Origin: Cryobacterium sp.
GTDB lineage: Bacteria > Actinomycetota > Actinomycetes > Actinomycetales > Microbacteriaceae
Length of the DNA: 39,143 nucleotides
Direction: 5' to 3'
NCBI GenBank assembly: GCA_046496385.1
Contig: JAWOHA010000089.1
Coordinates: forward strand, 1-39,143
Both the position numbers and the translations under genes were made by a program. Below the pieces are notes generated by a model. That model saw nothing but the letters and a program-made list of their open reading frames with translations, was not told where the DNA came from and searched no databases. Below, piece by piece: positions 28,662-37,950 of this stretch (position 1 is its first letter; each line of letters opens with the position of its first letter).

Positions 28662-30707
28662 ATGCTCGCTCACCCCGTACAGCCTCTGCTCCATGATTCC
28701 GCTATCGTTCTGGCGGCCCCCACCCAGGCGTGGTCGCGGTCCGACGGGCAGACGGACCAGCCCATCCACGGCCTCTATCACGCCGATACCCGGGTCCTCT
28801 CCGGTTGGACCGTGTTGGTCGGCGGCCAGACCGGCGAAGCGATCGGCCATGCCCAGAGCAACGCGGGTGTGGTCACCTTCACGTCGTTGCTGCGCCACCT
28901 CGATGACCGCACCGCCGACCCCCGGCTGCGGCTCGAGGTCACCCGCACGGTCACCGCGGGGCGCCTGACCGAGCGCATCGAGATCATCTCGGGACTCGAG
29001 CAGGCACTCGACACGACCGTGTCCGTGCGCCTGACGCCCGATTTCGCCGATATGCAGAATGTCAAAGCCGGCCTCGCGGGAGCGGCAGAGCGCAACGCGT
29101 TCGGGGGCGCTGACCTGCCCGCGGCACCGGATGTCGTCGTGACGGAGGCGAGCGAGGGCCTCCGTCTGTCGACCGGTACCGTATCGGCGCTGGTGCGTGC
29201 CGGCGGCGACGGGGTGCTGGGAGGGTCGACCGCCGAGGCCGACTCCGAGGTCACCGGCACCTGGTCGGTCACGGTGCCCGGGAAGAGCAGCGTCGCCGTG
29301 GAGTGGACCGTCGACATCGCACACGCGGCCACTGTGGTGCAGGCCGCGCCCGGGCTGCCGGAATGGTCCGCGGTGTCGGTGCGCTCCGGCGATGCGCGCC
29401 TGGGCCGCTGGGTGGCGCGCGCTCTCGATGACCTGACCGGTCTGCGGATGGCCACCACAACGAGCCCGGACGAGCCGTTCCTGGCCGCCGGCGCACCCTG
29501 GTTCTTCACCCTGTTCGGCCGGGACTCCCTGTGGGCGGCGCGCTTCCTGCTGCCGCTCGGCACCGAGATCGCGGGCTCCACGCTGCGCCTGCTCGCCCAG
29601 CTGCAGGGCACGAAGAGCGACACCGAGACCGCGGAGCAGCCCGGCAAGATCATGCACGAGCTGCGCCCCGACGTGTTCTCGATGCCGGGCGAGAGCCTGT
29701 CGCTGCCGCCGCTCTACTACGGTACCGTCGACGCCACCCCGCTCTGGATCTGCCTGCTGCGCGACGCCTACCGCTGGGGTCTAGCCGACTCGGAGGTCGA
29801 GGCGCTGCTGCCCGCGCTCGAAGCGGCCCTCGGCTGGATGCGCGACTTCGGCGACAGTGACGGCGACGGCTTCCTCGAATACGTCGACATCACCGGCCAC
29901 GGCCTCGCGAACCAGGGCTGGAAGGACTCCGGCGACTCGATCCAGTGGCGCGACGGCACCCTCGCCGACGGGCCGATCGCCCTCTGCGAGGTGCAGGCCT
30001 ACGCCTACGAGGCCTATATCGGCGGTGCCGAGCTGCTCGACGCATTCAATCGGACCGGCGGCGACGCCTGGCGTGCCCGTGCGGCCGCGCTCCAGGCCCG
30101 GTTCCGGGAGTCGTTCTGGATCGACTCGCCGGCCGGACGCTACCCGGCCGTCGCCCTGGACGCCTTCAAGCGCCCCGTCGACACCGTGACCAGCAACATC
30201 GGCCACCTGCTCGGGACCGGGCTGCTCTCCGAGGAGGAGTCCGCCCTCGTCGCCGCCCGGCTCGTGTCCCCGGAACTGAACTCCGGCTACGGCCTGCGCA
30301 CCATGTCGACGGACTCGGTCGGCTACTGGCCGCTGAGCTACCACGGCGGCTCCGTCTGGACCCACGACACCGCGATCGCGATCGGCGGGCTGGGGCGGGC
30401 CGGTTTCGGTGCCGAGGCCGGCATCCTGATCGAGGGGCTGCTCGCGGCGGCCGAATCGTTCGACTACCGCCTGCCGGAGCTGCACTCGGGCGACGCATCC
30501 ACCGCGGTTACCGCGGCGGTGCCCTACCCGGCCGCCTGCCGCCCGCAGGCCTGGTCGGCGGCGGCGGCCGTCTCTGTGCTCGGCACCGTGCTCGGCCTCG
30601 AGCCGAACCTGGTCACCGGATTCGTCACCTCCACCCCGATCCACCCCGCCGTCGTCGGCGACGTGACGGTACGCGGCCTCCGGACGCCGCTGGTCCCCGT
30701 TTCCTGA
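28662..30707 (+). CDS. Amylo-alpha-1,6-glucosidase / glycogen-debranching-like (alpha/alpha)6 glycoside hydrolase
   Basis: GLYHADTRVLS, AAGAPWFFTLFGRDS, EQPGKIMHELR, YYGTVDATPL, NQGWKDS, SYHGGSVWTHD, RLPEL, ACRPQAW. Confidence 0.88.
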   Translation: MLAHPVQPLLHDSAIVLAAPTQAWSRSDGQTDQPIHGLYHADTRVLSGWTVLVGGQTGEAIGHAQSNAGVVTFTSLLRHLDDRTADPRLRLEVTRTVTAGRLTERIEIISGLEQALDTTVSVRLTPDFADMQNVKAGLAGAAERNAFGGADLPAAPDVVVTEASEGLRLSTGTVSALVRAGGDGVLGGSTAEADSEVTGTWSVTVPGKSSVAVEWTVDIAHAATVVQAAPGLPEWSAVSVRSGDARLGRWVARALDDLTGLRMATTTSPDEPFLAAGAPWFFTLFGRDSLWAARFLLPLGTEIAGSTLRLLAQLQGTKSDTETAEQPGKIMHELRPDVFSMPGESLSLPPLYYGTVDATPLWICLLRDAYRWGLADSEVEALLPALEAALGWMRDFGDSDGDGFLEYVDITGHGLANQGWKDSGDSIQWRDGTLADGPIALCEVQAYAYEAYIGGAELLDAFNRTGGDAWRARAAALQARFRESFWIDSPAGRYPAVALDAFKRPVDTVTSNIGHLLGTGLLSEEESALVAARLVSPELNSGYGLRTMSTDSVGYWPLSYHGGSVWTHDTAIAIGGLGRAGFGAEAGILIEGLLAAAESFDYRLPELHSGDASTAVTAAVPYPAACRPQAWSAAAAVSVLGTVLGLEPNLVTGFVTSTPIHPAVVGDVTVRGLRTPLVPVS

Positions 30708-30755
30708 GGCTGACTCAGGAGGTCCCAGGAGGTCCCAGGAGCGGCGGCCGGCGAA

Positions 30756-31997
30756 CTACAGCCAGCGCATGGTGAAGGCGCGGGCGAGTACGTCGTTCAG
30801 CGGCGGCCGGGCGAGCGCGCGCACCAGCGTGTTGCGGGTCGCCAGCCGCAGGCCGCGGGCCGGCTGCCCCATCGCCATGTTGAAGCCGGCCTGGGCCACC
30901 GCCACCCGCGCGGAGCGGCGCCGGCGCCGGTCGAACCGGGCGAGGGCCGCTGCCGCCTGCTCGGGCTGCCGCACCGCGCGGCGCAGCGCCGGCGCGAGCG
31001 CCACCCCGTCGAGCCAGCCGAGGTTCATGCCCTGCCCGCCGATGGGGCTGATCTGGTGGGCGGCGTCGCCGACCAGCGCGATGCGGCCCACGCTCATGCT
31101 GGCGGCGAGGTGCTGCCGCACGGCGAAGGCGCTCGCGGGGCCGAGCGGCTCGACCAGGTGCACGCCGGTGCGCCACCGGATGATGTCGGCCAGGTCTGTG
31201 CTTGTGGCCTGCTCGCTGAGCCGGTCGGTCATCGCGACCCAGCGCCTTCGACCGCCGGGCAGCGGGAAGGACTCCACCACCCCGCCGCGTTCGAAGTACA
31301 GCACCGCCGCGCGGTCGTGCGGGTCGCGGTCGTGCGACCCAGTCCGGTCAGTCCGGTCAGTCCGGTCAGTCCGGTCAGTCCAGTCAGCCCGGTCGTCGGG
31401 GTCGGCGAAGTCGCCCATCAGATACGTGGCGTCGGCGCCGGCGCCGATCGGGCGCCAGCCGATGCCGGCCGTGGTGCGCACCACGCTGCGGGCGCCGTCG
31501 GCGGCCACCACATAGTGGGCCCGCAGCGTGACGGTTGACCCGCCGGGCGGGACGCCGCCGGGCGCGCCCGCCCGGTCGACGCTGACCTCCACGTGGCCGC
31601 CGCAGTCCTGCACCCCGGTCACGGTGGCGCCCCAGCTGAGCGAGCCGGGGCTCAGCTGGGCCAAGCGCTGCCGCAAGAGCTGCTCGGTTTCGTTCTGCGG
31701 CAACGCCACCACGAACGGGTACTCGGGCGCGGCGGCGGCGAAGCTCATCGACCCCAGGGCGCGGTCGTCGCAGCGCACCTCGCCCGAGCGGATGCGCGCG
31801 GCCCGCTGCAGCAGATCGTCGGCGACCCCGATGCGGCGCAGCGCTCGCAGCGACGGCGGGTGGATGCCGATGGCCCGCGACCGCCGGCTCGGCTCGGTGC
31901 GCTGTTCCAGCACCTGCACGTCGAGGCCCTCGGCGACGAGCTGGCAGGCGAGCATCAGCCCGACAGGGCCGGCGCCGACCACCAGCACGTCACGCAT
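30756..31997 (-). CDS. FAD-dependent monooxygenase (aromatic hydroxylase family)
   Basis: VVGAGPVGL, VAADGARS (DG motif), LVGDAAHQISPIGGQGMNLG (GD motif). Confidence 0.92.
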   Translation of the reverse strand: MRDVLVVGAGPVGLMLACQLVAEGLDVQVLEQRTEPSRRSRAIGIHPPSLRALRRIGVADDLLQRAARIRSGEVRCDDRALGSMSFAAAAPEYPFVVALPQNETEQLLRQRLAQLSPGSLSWGATVTGVQDCGGHVEVSVDRAGAPGGVPPGGSTVTLRAHYVVAADGARSVVRTTAGIGWRPIGAGADATYLMGDFADPDDRADWTDRTDRTDRTDRTGSHDRDPHDRAAVLYFERGGVVESFPLPGGRRRWVAMTDRLSEQATSTDLADIIRWRTGVHLVEPLGPASAFAVRQHLAASMSVGRIALVGDAAHQISPIGGQGMNLGWLDGVALAPALRRAVRQPEQAAAALARFDRRRRRSARVAVAQAGFNMAMGQPARGLRLATRNTLVRALARPPLNDVLARAFTMRWL

Positions 31998-32763
31998 CCG
32001 CGCCCCCGTGCCCGATCGGTGCGGCGGGCTCGATCGGTGCGGCGGGCCAGCGCAGCACATACCGGGACGGGTGCTCCGGCAGGACCTGCCAGCCCACCGG
32101 CAGGTCGCGGCGCAGTTCCGCCGGCGTGAAGCTGCGCCGAATAGAGGTGAGCCCGTCGGCGCGAATGAACGAGGAGCGAAAGAACGGCCAGGTGGCCGCG
32201 CCGAAGCCGAGGTAGGCCAGCCGGCTGCGGGCGATGTCGGCGTGCAGTGCCGTGCCGGCCCCCTCTTCGTTCGGCCCTGCCCCCACGAGGGCCTCGGAGT
32301 CGGCGAGCAGCCCGCGCAGCTGGTCCGCGTCGAGGTGGTGCAGCACGTGGTTGGAGACCACGAAGTCGAAGCGCGCGCCCTCGGCGACCAGTTCTGAGCT
32401 CAGCGCCGCCCGAAAGCTCAGCCCGCGCACGGCGGGCCGGCTCGCCGCCCAGGCGTGCGCGCGCGCATCCGGGTCGATGGCGGTCACTTCGAGGCGCAGC
32501 CCGTCGGCCGCAGCCCAGCGCACCAGTGCACGCGACAGGTCTCCGCCCCCGCAGCCCACGTCGAGCAGCGTCGTGAGCCGGGTCGTCGACAGCGCCGGGC
32601 GGATGCGGCGGCGATAGATGCCGTGCCAGCCCGACACGACGGCGTTCACCACCCGAAAATCCGCATAGGTGCGCGCGAGCATGACCGGATCGCAGTCGGC
32701 ATCGTCCATGATCTCGACGGCGTCGACCGCCCGGTCACGCAGGTTCACCCCGGTCACGCTCAC
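31990..32763 (-). CDS. Class I SAM-dependent methyltransferase
   Basis: EIMDD, LLDVGCGGGD, FDFVVSNHVLHHL, DGLTSIRRSFT. Overlaps both neighbours. Confidence 0.9.
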   Translation of the reverse strand: MSVTGVNLRDRAVDAVEIMDDADCDPVMLARTYADFRVVNAVVSGWHGIYRRRIRPALSTTRLTTLLDVGCGGGDLSRALVRWAAADGLRLEVTAIDPDARAHAWAASRPAVRGLSFRAALSSELVAEGARFDFVVSNHVLHHLDADQLRGLLADSEALVGAGPNEEGAGTALHADIARSRLAYLGFGAATWPFFRSSFIRADGLTSIRRSFTPAELRRDLPVGWQVLPEHPSRYVLRWPAAPIEPAAPIGHGGADA

Positions 32764-33971
32764 CCCACGGCGACGGTCATCAGGGCCGACTCCACGGTGA
32801 GGCCCGGGCCGAACGCCATGGCGCAGAGCCGGTCGTCGGCGGCGGTGTCGGGGGCCTCCAGAATGTGTTTCATCACGAACAAGACCGTGGCGCTGCTCAT
32901 GTTGCCGTGCTGGCGCAGGGTTTCCCGCGACGGCACCAGCTGCGCTTCGCTCAGGCCGAGTTTCGCTTCGGTCTTGTCCAGAATGCTGCGCCCGCCCGGG
33001 TGGATCGCCCAGTGCGCGATGGCCTGGTTCACCGGTACCGGCCCCGGCACCGGAGCCAGCAGGGTGGTCACGACGCCGGTGCCGCTCGGCCCGGTCTCGG
33101 GCACCAGCGCCGGCGCCCGGCTCAGGGCGGGGTCGCGGGCGAACAGGGGGGCCAGGGCCGCTTCGATGTGTTCGTCGATGATGTGCGGCACATAGGTGCT
33201 CAGCACCATTTCGAAGCCCTCGTCACCGATCTTCCAGGCCATGTCGCCCTCGCCGACGGGGGTGATCACCGTCTCGAACAGATCGAGGCCCAGCGCCCTC
33301 TCGCCGGGGGCGAGGGCTCGGGCGCTCACGATGCCCGCCGCGGCGCCGTCGGAGAACAGCGACGACGCAACGATGGTGTCGGGGTCGCTCGAGGTGCGCA
33401 GGTGCAGCGAGCAGAGCTCGGCGCTCACCACGAGCACCACCGCGTTCGGGTCGGCCTCCACGAACTGCTTCGCGGTGCGCAGGGCCGGCAGTGCGGCGTA
33501 ACAGCCCATGAAGCCCAGGTGGTACCGCTGCGTGCCGGGGTTCAACCCCAGTTCGCGCACCAGCATGTAGTCGGGCCCGGGGGCGTAGAAGCCGGTGCAC
33601 GACACCGTCACGACATGGGTCACATCGGCGGCGGTGAGGTCGGGGCAGGCCTCAAGGGCTTTGCGGCCGGCCTCCACGAACAGGGTGGTGGCTTCGCTGA
33701 TGTACACCTCGTTGCGCACCCGGGTGCTGGGCACCAGCAGCCGCCGGGTGACCGGGTCGAAGAACTGCGGGTCGGCGCCCGTGGCGCCGAGGTCGAGCTC
33801 CCGAATCACGGTGTGCCGGGTGTCGATCCCCGACACGTTGAACGAGGTGCTCACGAGGCGTTGGGCCAGCCGGGTGAGCCCGGGTTGCGCCGCGAACACG
33901 TCGCGTACCTCGTTCTGAATCAGAACGGTGGGCGGAACTGCGGTCTGAAGCGCTCTCAGCGTGACGGCCAT
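32760..33971 (-). CDS. Type III polyketide synthase
   Basis: Cys-His-Asn triad in GFMGCYAA, IHPGG, HGNMSSATV; also VSCTG, LFSDGAAA, AFGPGLTVE. Confidence 0.96.
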   Translation of the reverse strand: MAVTLRALQTAVPPTVLIQNEVRDVFAAQPGLTRLAQRLVSTSFNVSGIDTRHTVIRELDLGATGADPQFFDPVTRRLLVPSTRVRNEVYISEATTLFVEAGRKALEACPDLTAADVTHVVTVSCTGFYAPGPDYMLVRELGLNPGTQRYHLGFMGCYAALPALRTAKQFVEADPNAVVLVVSAELCSLHLRTSSDPDTIVASSLFSDGAAAGIVSARALAPGERALGLDLFETVITPVGEGDMAWKIGDEGFEMVLSTYVPHIIDEHIEAALAPLFARDPALSRAPALVPETGPSGTGVVTTLLAPVPGPVPVNQAIAHWAIHPGGRSILDKTEAKLGLSEAQLVPSRETLRQHGNMSSATVLFVMKHILEAPDTAADDRLCAMAFGPGLTVESALMTVAVG

Positions 33972-34082
33972 GCCCCAGTGTTACACGCAGTTCGCCCGTT
34001 CACAGCCCTTTTTCGGGTAATTCTGCGCGGTCGGGGCAGGTCGACCGCGCGTCGTCACGCGGGGACACGGGCGCCGGGGTCA

Positions 34083-34952
34083 TCAGGGCAGCCGGGCGAA
34101 CAGCCGGGTTCCGGCGAGCGCCAGCATCGTGCCCATGGCCACAATGCCCGCCACGCCGCCCACGTAGGCCACGAGCATCGCCGGCGAGTCGGCGGAGGCC
34201 CGCAGCACGCTCACCAGCAGTGCCACCCCGGCCACCGCCCCCGCCGGCAGCACCACGAACACCAGCAGCCAGCGCGTCGCCGCGCGTCCCCGCCCGGGGC
34301 GCACCCGGGGGCCGGATGCCCGGCGCAGCGACAACACGGCCCCGGCCACGCACCCCCAGAACGACACCAGCAGCAGGGCGGCGACCACGTCGCTGGGCCG
34401 GTGCCACTGGTTGGCGAGGGTGGCGACGCCGGCGACGACGGCGAATCCGGTGCCGGCCGCGGCCACGACGGGGCGGGTGCGCGGGCTCGCCACCAGGAAG
34501 ACCACGAGCACCGCGGCGGCGGCCACAGTGGTGTGCCCCGATGGAAACGAGTTGCTCGCATAGCCGTCGACGCCGAGGTCGGGCCGGGTCAGCAGCGCGT
34601 GTTTGAGCAGCTGGCTCGACAGCAGCGCCGCGAAGGCCGCCCCGAGGGCCACCAGAAGGGTCACCCCGTTGCGCCGCACCAGGCTGATCACCACGGTCAA
34701 CGCCAGGCCGACCACCACCGAGACGGCCGGAACAGAGTCGAGCAGGCGCCGGGTGAACGGGGTCACGCTGCGCCATCCGTTTTCGGCGCCGTCGTAGGAG
34801 AGCTGGTCGACGAGCTGACCGGCGGAGCTGAGCACGAAGAAGACGTAGAGCGCGCCGAACAGCAGCAGGGTGAGCACGGCGGCGCCCAGGTAGCGCAGCG
34901 GTTGCGCCACGGTGAGGGTGTTCCGTGAAGTGCGCACAGTGGAGCTTGACAC
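34083..34952 (-). CDS. PAP2 family membrane phosphatase
   Basis: K....RP, SFPSGH, HRPSDV motifs; multiple TM helices. Confidence 0.85.
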   Translation of the reverse strand: MSSSTVRTSRNTLTVAQPLRYLGAAVLTLLLFGALYVFFVLSSAGQLVDQLSYDGAENGWRSVTPFTRRLLDSVPAVSVVVGLALTVVISLVRRNGVTLLVALGAAFAALLSSQLLKHALLTRPDLGVDGYASNSFPSGHTTVAAAAVLVVFLVASPRTRPVVAAAGTGFAVVAGVATLANQWHRPSDVVAALLLVSFWGCVAGAVLSLRRASGPRVRPGRGRAATRWLLVFVVLPAGAVAGVALLVSVLRASADSPAMLVAYVGGVAGIVAMGTMLALAGTRLFARLP

Positions 34953-34968
34953 GACCGGTTCCGAGAAT

Positions 34969-35051
34969 GCCCGGTATCGGCCCGATATCTGCCCGGTATC
35001 GGCCCGGTATCGCCCCGATATCTGCCCGGTATCGGCTCGGTATCGGCCCGG
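34969..35051. repeat. 11-bp tandem repeat GCCCG(G/A)TATC(G/T), about 7.5 copies
   Basis: Units at 34969, 34980, 34991, 35002, 35013, 35024, 35035, 35046 (partial). Confidence 0.93.
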
Positions 35052-35069
35052 CGCATACCCGGCCGCCGG

Positions 35070-36719
35070 TCAGGACCGGTCGCGCACCCGGGCCCATCCC
35101 GTGCGCATCGCCGCCGTGAGCAGGCGCGGGTCGCCCAGTTCCCGGTTCGGCAGCACGCCGAGGGCCCGGTACATCGGTTCGGAACGCTGGGCGGGGATGC
35201 CGGCCAGGCCGAGGCACTCGGCGAGCTGTTTCGTGCTCACTCCGCCGCGCCGCCCCACGACCTCGTTCGCGCGCGCGGTCATCCAGACCAGGCATGCGGC
35301 TGCGCCGGCGAGGCCGGCCCTGCGGCGAAAGATGCTCGGGTCGCCGATCGCGACGCGGGCGATGAGCCGGCGGCAGGCAGTGCGCAGTTCGGCGTCGAAG
35401 AGGGCGTCGCAGGCGTGATCCGTGAGCGCGAGCACCGCGCTGAGCCGCTCGTGAACATCGGTGGGAATCCCGGCCCAGTCGAACTCCTCGTCGGGCAGCG
35501 GGTCGTCACCGTCGTCACCGTCGACACCGTCGACACCGTCGTCGATCGCGTCCAGATAGTCCTGCTCGAACTCGTCTACAGCGGCCAGGGTCTGCCGGGT
35601 GAGTTGTGCCGAGATTCCGCGTTCCGCGTCGGCGAAACGAATCAGCGCGCGCAACGCGACGGGCGCGCGGGCCAGAAAGTCCCGCGGGGCCGGCACACCG
35701 CCGGGAATCCAGTCCAGCAGCAGAATCTCCACCGCCACCGGACTCCAGCGCAACGGATCGCCCGGGCCACGCTCGCTGGCCAGGGACACCATCGTCGCGA
35801 CCATCTCGTTCTCGTCGATGCTGCGAGCGGCTCCGAAGGGGGAGGCCAGAAAGCGTTCCATGATCTCGGCCTGCTGCGCCTCGGCGAACTCGGGGTACAC
35901 GTACCCGGTGCCGCCGGCCGGGATGGCGGCGAGCACCCATTCCAGCAGGGGGCGGATGCCGGGCCAGGTCTCGGTCTCGAACGGCGGCACGGTGCGTGCT
36001 CCGGTGTCGATGGCCGCACTGAGCCGGGCCCGGGCATCCGGCAGGCTCAGCTCCTCTCCGGCATAGTCGCCGGCCTCGGACTCGGGCTCGTGCTCGGCCC
36101 TGGACTCCTCCCAGGCCTCAAGAAACCGGTCGACGGGCTGGTCTGCCACGAAGGCGTCCTTCACGACGGTGCCCATGTTGTGGTCGACGTAGGCCATCAC
36201 GCTCACCTCGCGGCCGTCGGGCAGGGTCGCGGCGATCACCAGGTTCTCGCCGTCGCCCAGCACGTGCGTGAGCTCGTAGGCACGGTGCGGGCGCATCTGG
36301 TCGAGGCGCAGGGTCCAGCCGGGCAGGGCGTGGCGCCGCGCGGCGACCGACCGACGGATGCGTTCGCGCAGCATCTCATCGCCGGACAGAGCCGTCATGA
36401 CCTTGAGCAGGGCATCGGTCTGCCGCAGGCCGGCCGCATCGAGCCCGGTGCAGAATTCCCGCAGCGTCACACCGGAATCCTCCGGATCGCTCGAATACAG
36501 TGCCGCCTCGCGGGGCTCGATGGTGGCGAGCAGCGAGCTGGCATAGCTGAGCAGCACCAGCGGGTTCGGGTCGCTCAGGGCACTGTTCAGGGAGTCGGGA
36601 AAATCGACCGGAAGGTGTGTCAGGGGCAGCTCGGCGTCGGAAGCGTTCGGGCGCGGCGGCACGACCTTCGGGGACCGCATCCGGTGAGGGGCGCGCTGGG
36701 GTTTTTTCTTGTTGCTCAC
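35070..36719 (-). CDS. Hypothetical protein (C-terminal DUF6398-like domain)
   Basis: 549-aa ORF with plausible composition. YVDHNMGTVVKDAF, GDPLRWSP and ELRTACRRL...AA...W..ARAN resemble conserved actinobacterial hypotheticals from memory. Confidence 0.75.
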   Translation of the reverse strand: MSNKKKPQRAPHRMRSPKVVPPRPNASDAELPLTHLPVDFPDSLNSALSDPNPLVLLSYASSLLATIEPREAALYSSDPEDSGVTLREFCTGLDAAGLRQTDALLKVMTALSGDEMLRERIRRSVAARRHALPGWTLRLDQMRPHRAYELTHVLGDGENLVIAATLPDGREVSVMAYVDHNMGTVVKDAFVADQPVDRFLEAWEESRAEHEPESEAGDYAGEELSLPDARARLSAAIDTGARTVPPFETETWPGIRPLLEWVLAAIPAGGTGYVYPEFAEAQQAEIMERFLASPFGAARSIDENEMVATMVSLASERGPGDPLRWSPVAVEILLLDWIPGGVPAPRDFLARAPVALRALIRFADAERGISAQLTRQTLAAVDEFEQDYLDAIDDGVDGVDGDDGDDPLPDEEFDWAGIPTDVHERLSAVLALTDHACDALFDAELRTACRRLIARVAIGDPSIFRRRAGLAGAAACLVWMTARANEVVGRRGGVSTKQLAECLGLAGIPAQRSEPMYRALGVLPNRELGDPRLLTAAMRTGWARVRDRS

Positions 36720-36774
36720 CCCCTAAAACTAAGCCAGCCGGGAGCGTGGCGGTACCCTCGGTTCCGGTTCCGGT

Positions 36775-37701
36775 TCAGTCGGGTTCGCTCACGCGCAGCA
36801 GCACCTTGCCGCGCAGGTGGCCGGCCATGAGGCGTTCGTAGGCGGCGCGCACCCGCTCGAGCGCGAACACGCTGTCGATGGGCAGCACCACCTCGCCGGC
36901 GGCGACGAGGTCGGCGAGCGCCCGCAGGTCGTCGAGGGTGCCCTCCTGGCCGCCGATCCCGGCGATGCCGACGTCGGCCCGGTGACCGCGCGCCGCAATG
37001 GTGTTGATGCGCGGCCCCGGCACGCCGAGCTTGAGCGCGGCGTCGATGGTGACCGGTCCGCTGTTGTCGAGGGCGGCGGTGTAACGGGGCGCGGCGGCAC
37101 GCAGGCGATCGACGAGTCCCTCGCCGTAGGCCACCGGGATCACGCCCAGCCCGCGCAGGAACGCGTGGTTGCCCGGGCCGGCCGTGCCGACCACGGTGGC
37201 CCCGGCCCGCCGGGCCAGCTGCACGGCGAGCACGCCCACCCCGCCGGCGGCGGCACTGACCAGCACGGTGTCGCCCGGCCCCAGCGCCAGGCTGCGCACC
37301 GTCGCCCAGGCGGTGCGCCCGGCGATGTCGAGCGCGCCGGCCTCGTCGAAGCCGAGCGAGGCGGGTTTGCGTGCCAGCCGGTCGGTGCCGGTGACGAGCC
37401 AGTCGGCCTGCGCGTGCAGCAGGTGTCCCCCGAAGACGGCGTCACCGGGCGCGAAGTCGGTCACGGCGTCGCCCACCCGGTCGATGGTTCCGGAGAAGTC
37501 GTTGCCCACGCCGCAGGGCGGCACCGCACCGTGCCGGGCGGCAGTCGGTCCGCCCCGAAAGATCTTCCAGTCCACCGGGTTCAGGCCGGCGCGGTGCACC
37601 CGCACCCGCACCTCGTCGGGGGCCGGCTCCGGCACGTCGGCATGCTCGATCCGCAGCACCTGCGGGCTGCCGAACTGCGAGATGCGCACGAAGCGGGCCA
37701 T
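36775..37701 (-). CDS. NADP-dependent oxidoreductase (MDR / quinone oxidoreductase-like)
   Basis: AGLNPVDWK, GNDFSG, VSAAAGGVG, GHLRGKVLL. Confidence 0.92.
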   Translation of the reverse strand: MARFVRISQFGSPQVLRIEHADVPEPAPDEVRVRVHRAGLNPVDWKIFRGGPTAARHGAVPPCGVGNDFSGTIDRVGDAVTDFAPGDAVFGGHLLHAQADWLVTGTDRLARKPASLGFDEAGALDIAGRTAWATVRSLALGPGDTVLVSAAAGGVGVLAVQLARRAGATVVGTAGPGNHAFLRGLGVIPVAYGEGLVDRLRAAAPRYTAALDNSGPVTIDAALKLGVPGPRINTIAARGHRADVGIAGIGGQEGTLDDLRALADLVAAGEVVLPIDSVFALERVRAAYERLMAGHLRGKVLLRVSEPD

Positions 37702-37950
37702 GACGCCAGACTATGCACGGGTCCCGGCCGTTCCGCTACCCCTCCCCCCGAACTCCTCCGATCCCCCACCCCCCACGAATTCCCCGTGCGGGGTAGATCG
37801 GTATGGGCGGGCCGGGGTAACCTCCGGTCGTAACAGAAACGCGAATCGTCGTGTGGCGTACATGCAATGTTCAAGAAGTTCTGATCGAATCGTTAAGTAC
37901 CGTGAGTGCGCGCGCGCAGAGTGCGTACCTCCGAATGAATGGAAAGCTCC

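Noticed and set aside
32865-34928. Long antisense or alternate-frame ORFs (687 aa here; also 2644-4182, 16267-17931, 35415-36830, 22190-23557)
   Set aside because: They lie opposite well-supported genes and have no motifs; high GC content makes stop codons scarce.
37817-37840. GlnR box (GTAAC...GTAAC.GAAAC)
   Set aside because: Spacing does not fit the gTnAc-n6-GaAAc consensus.
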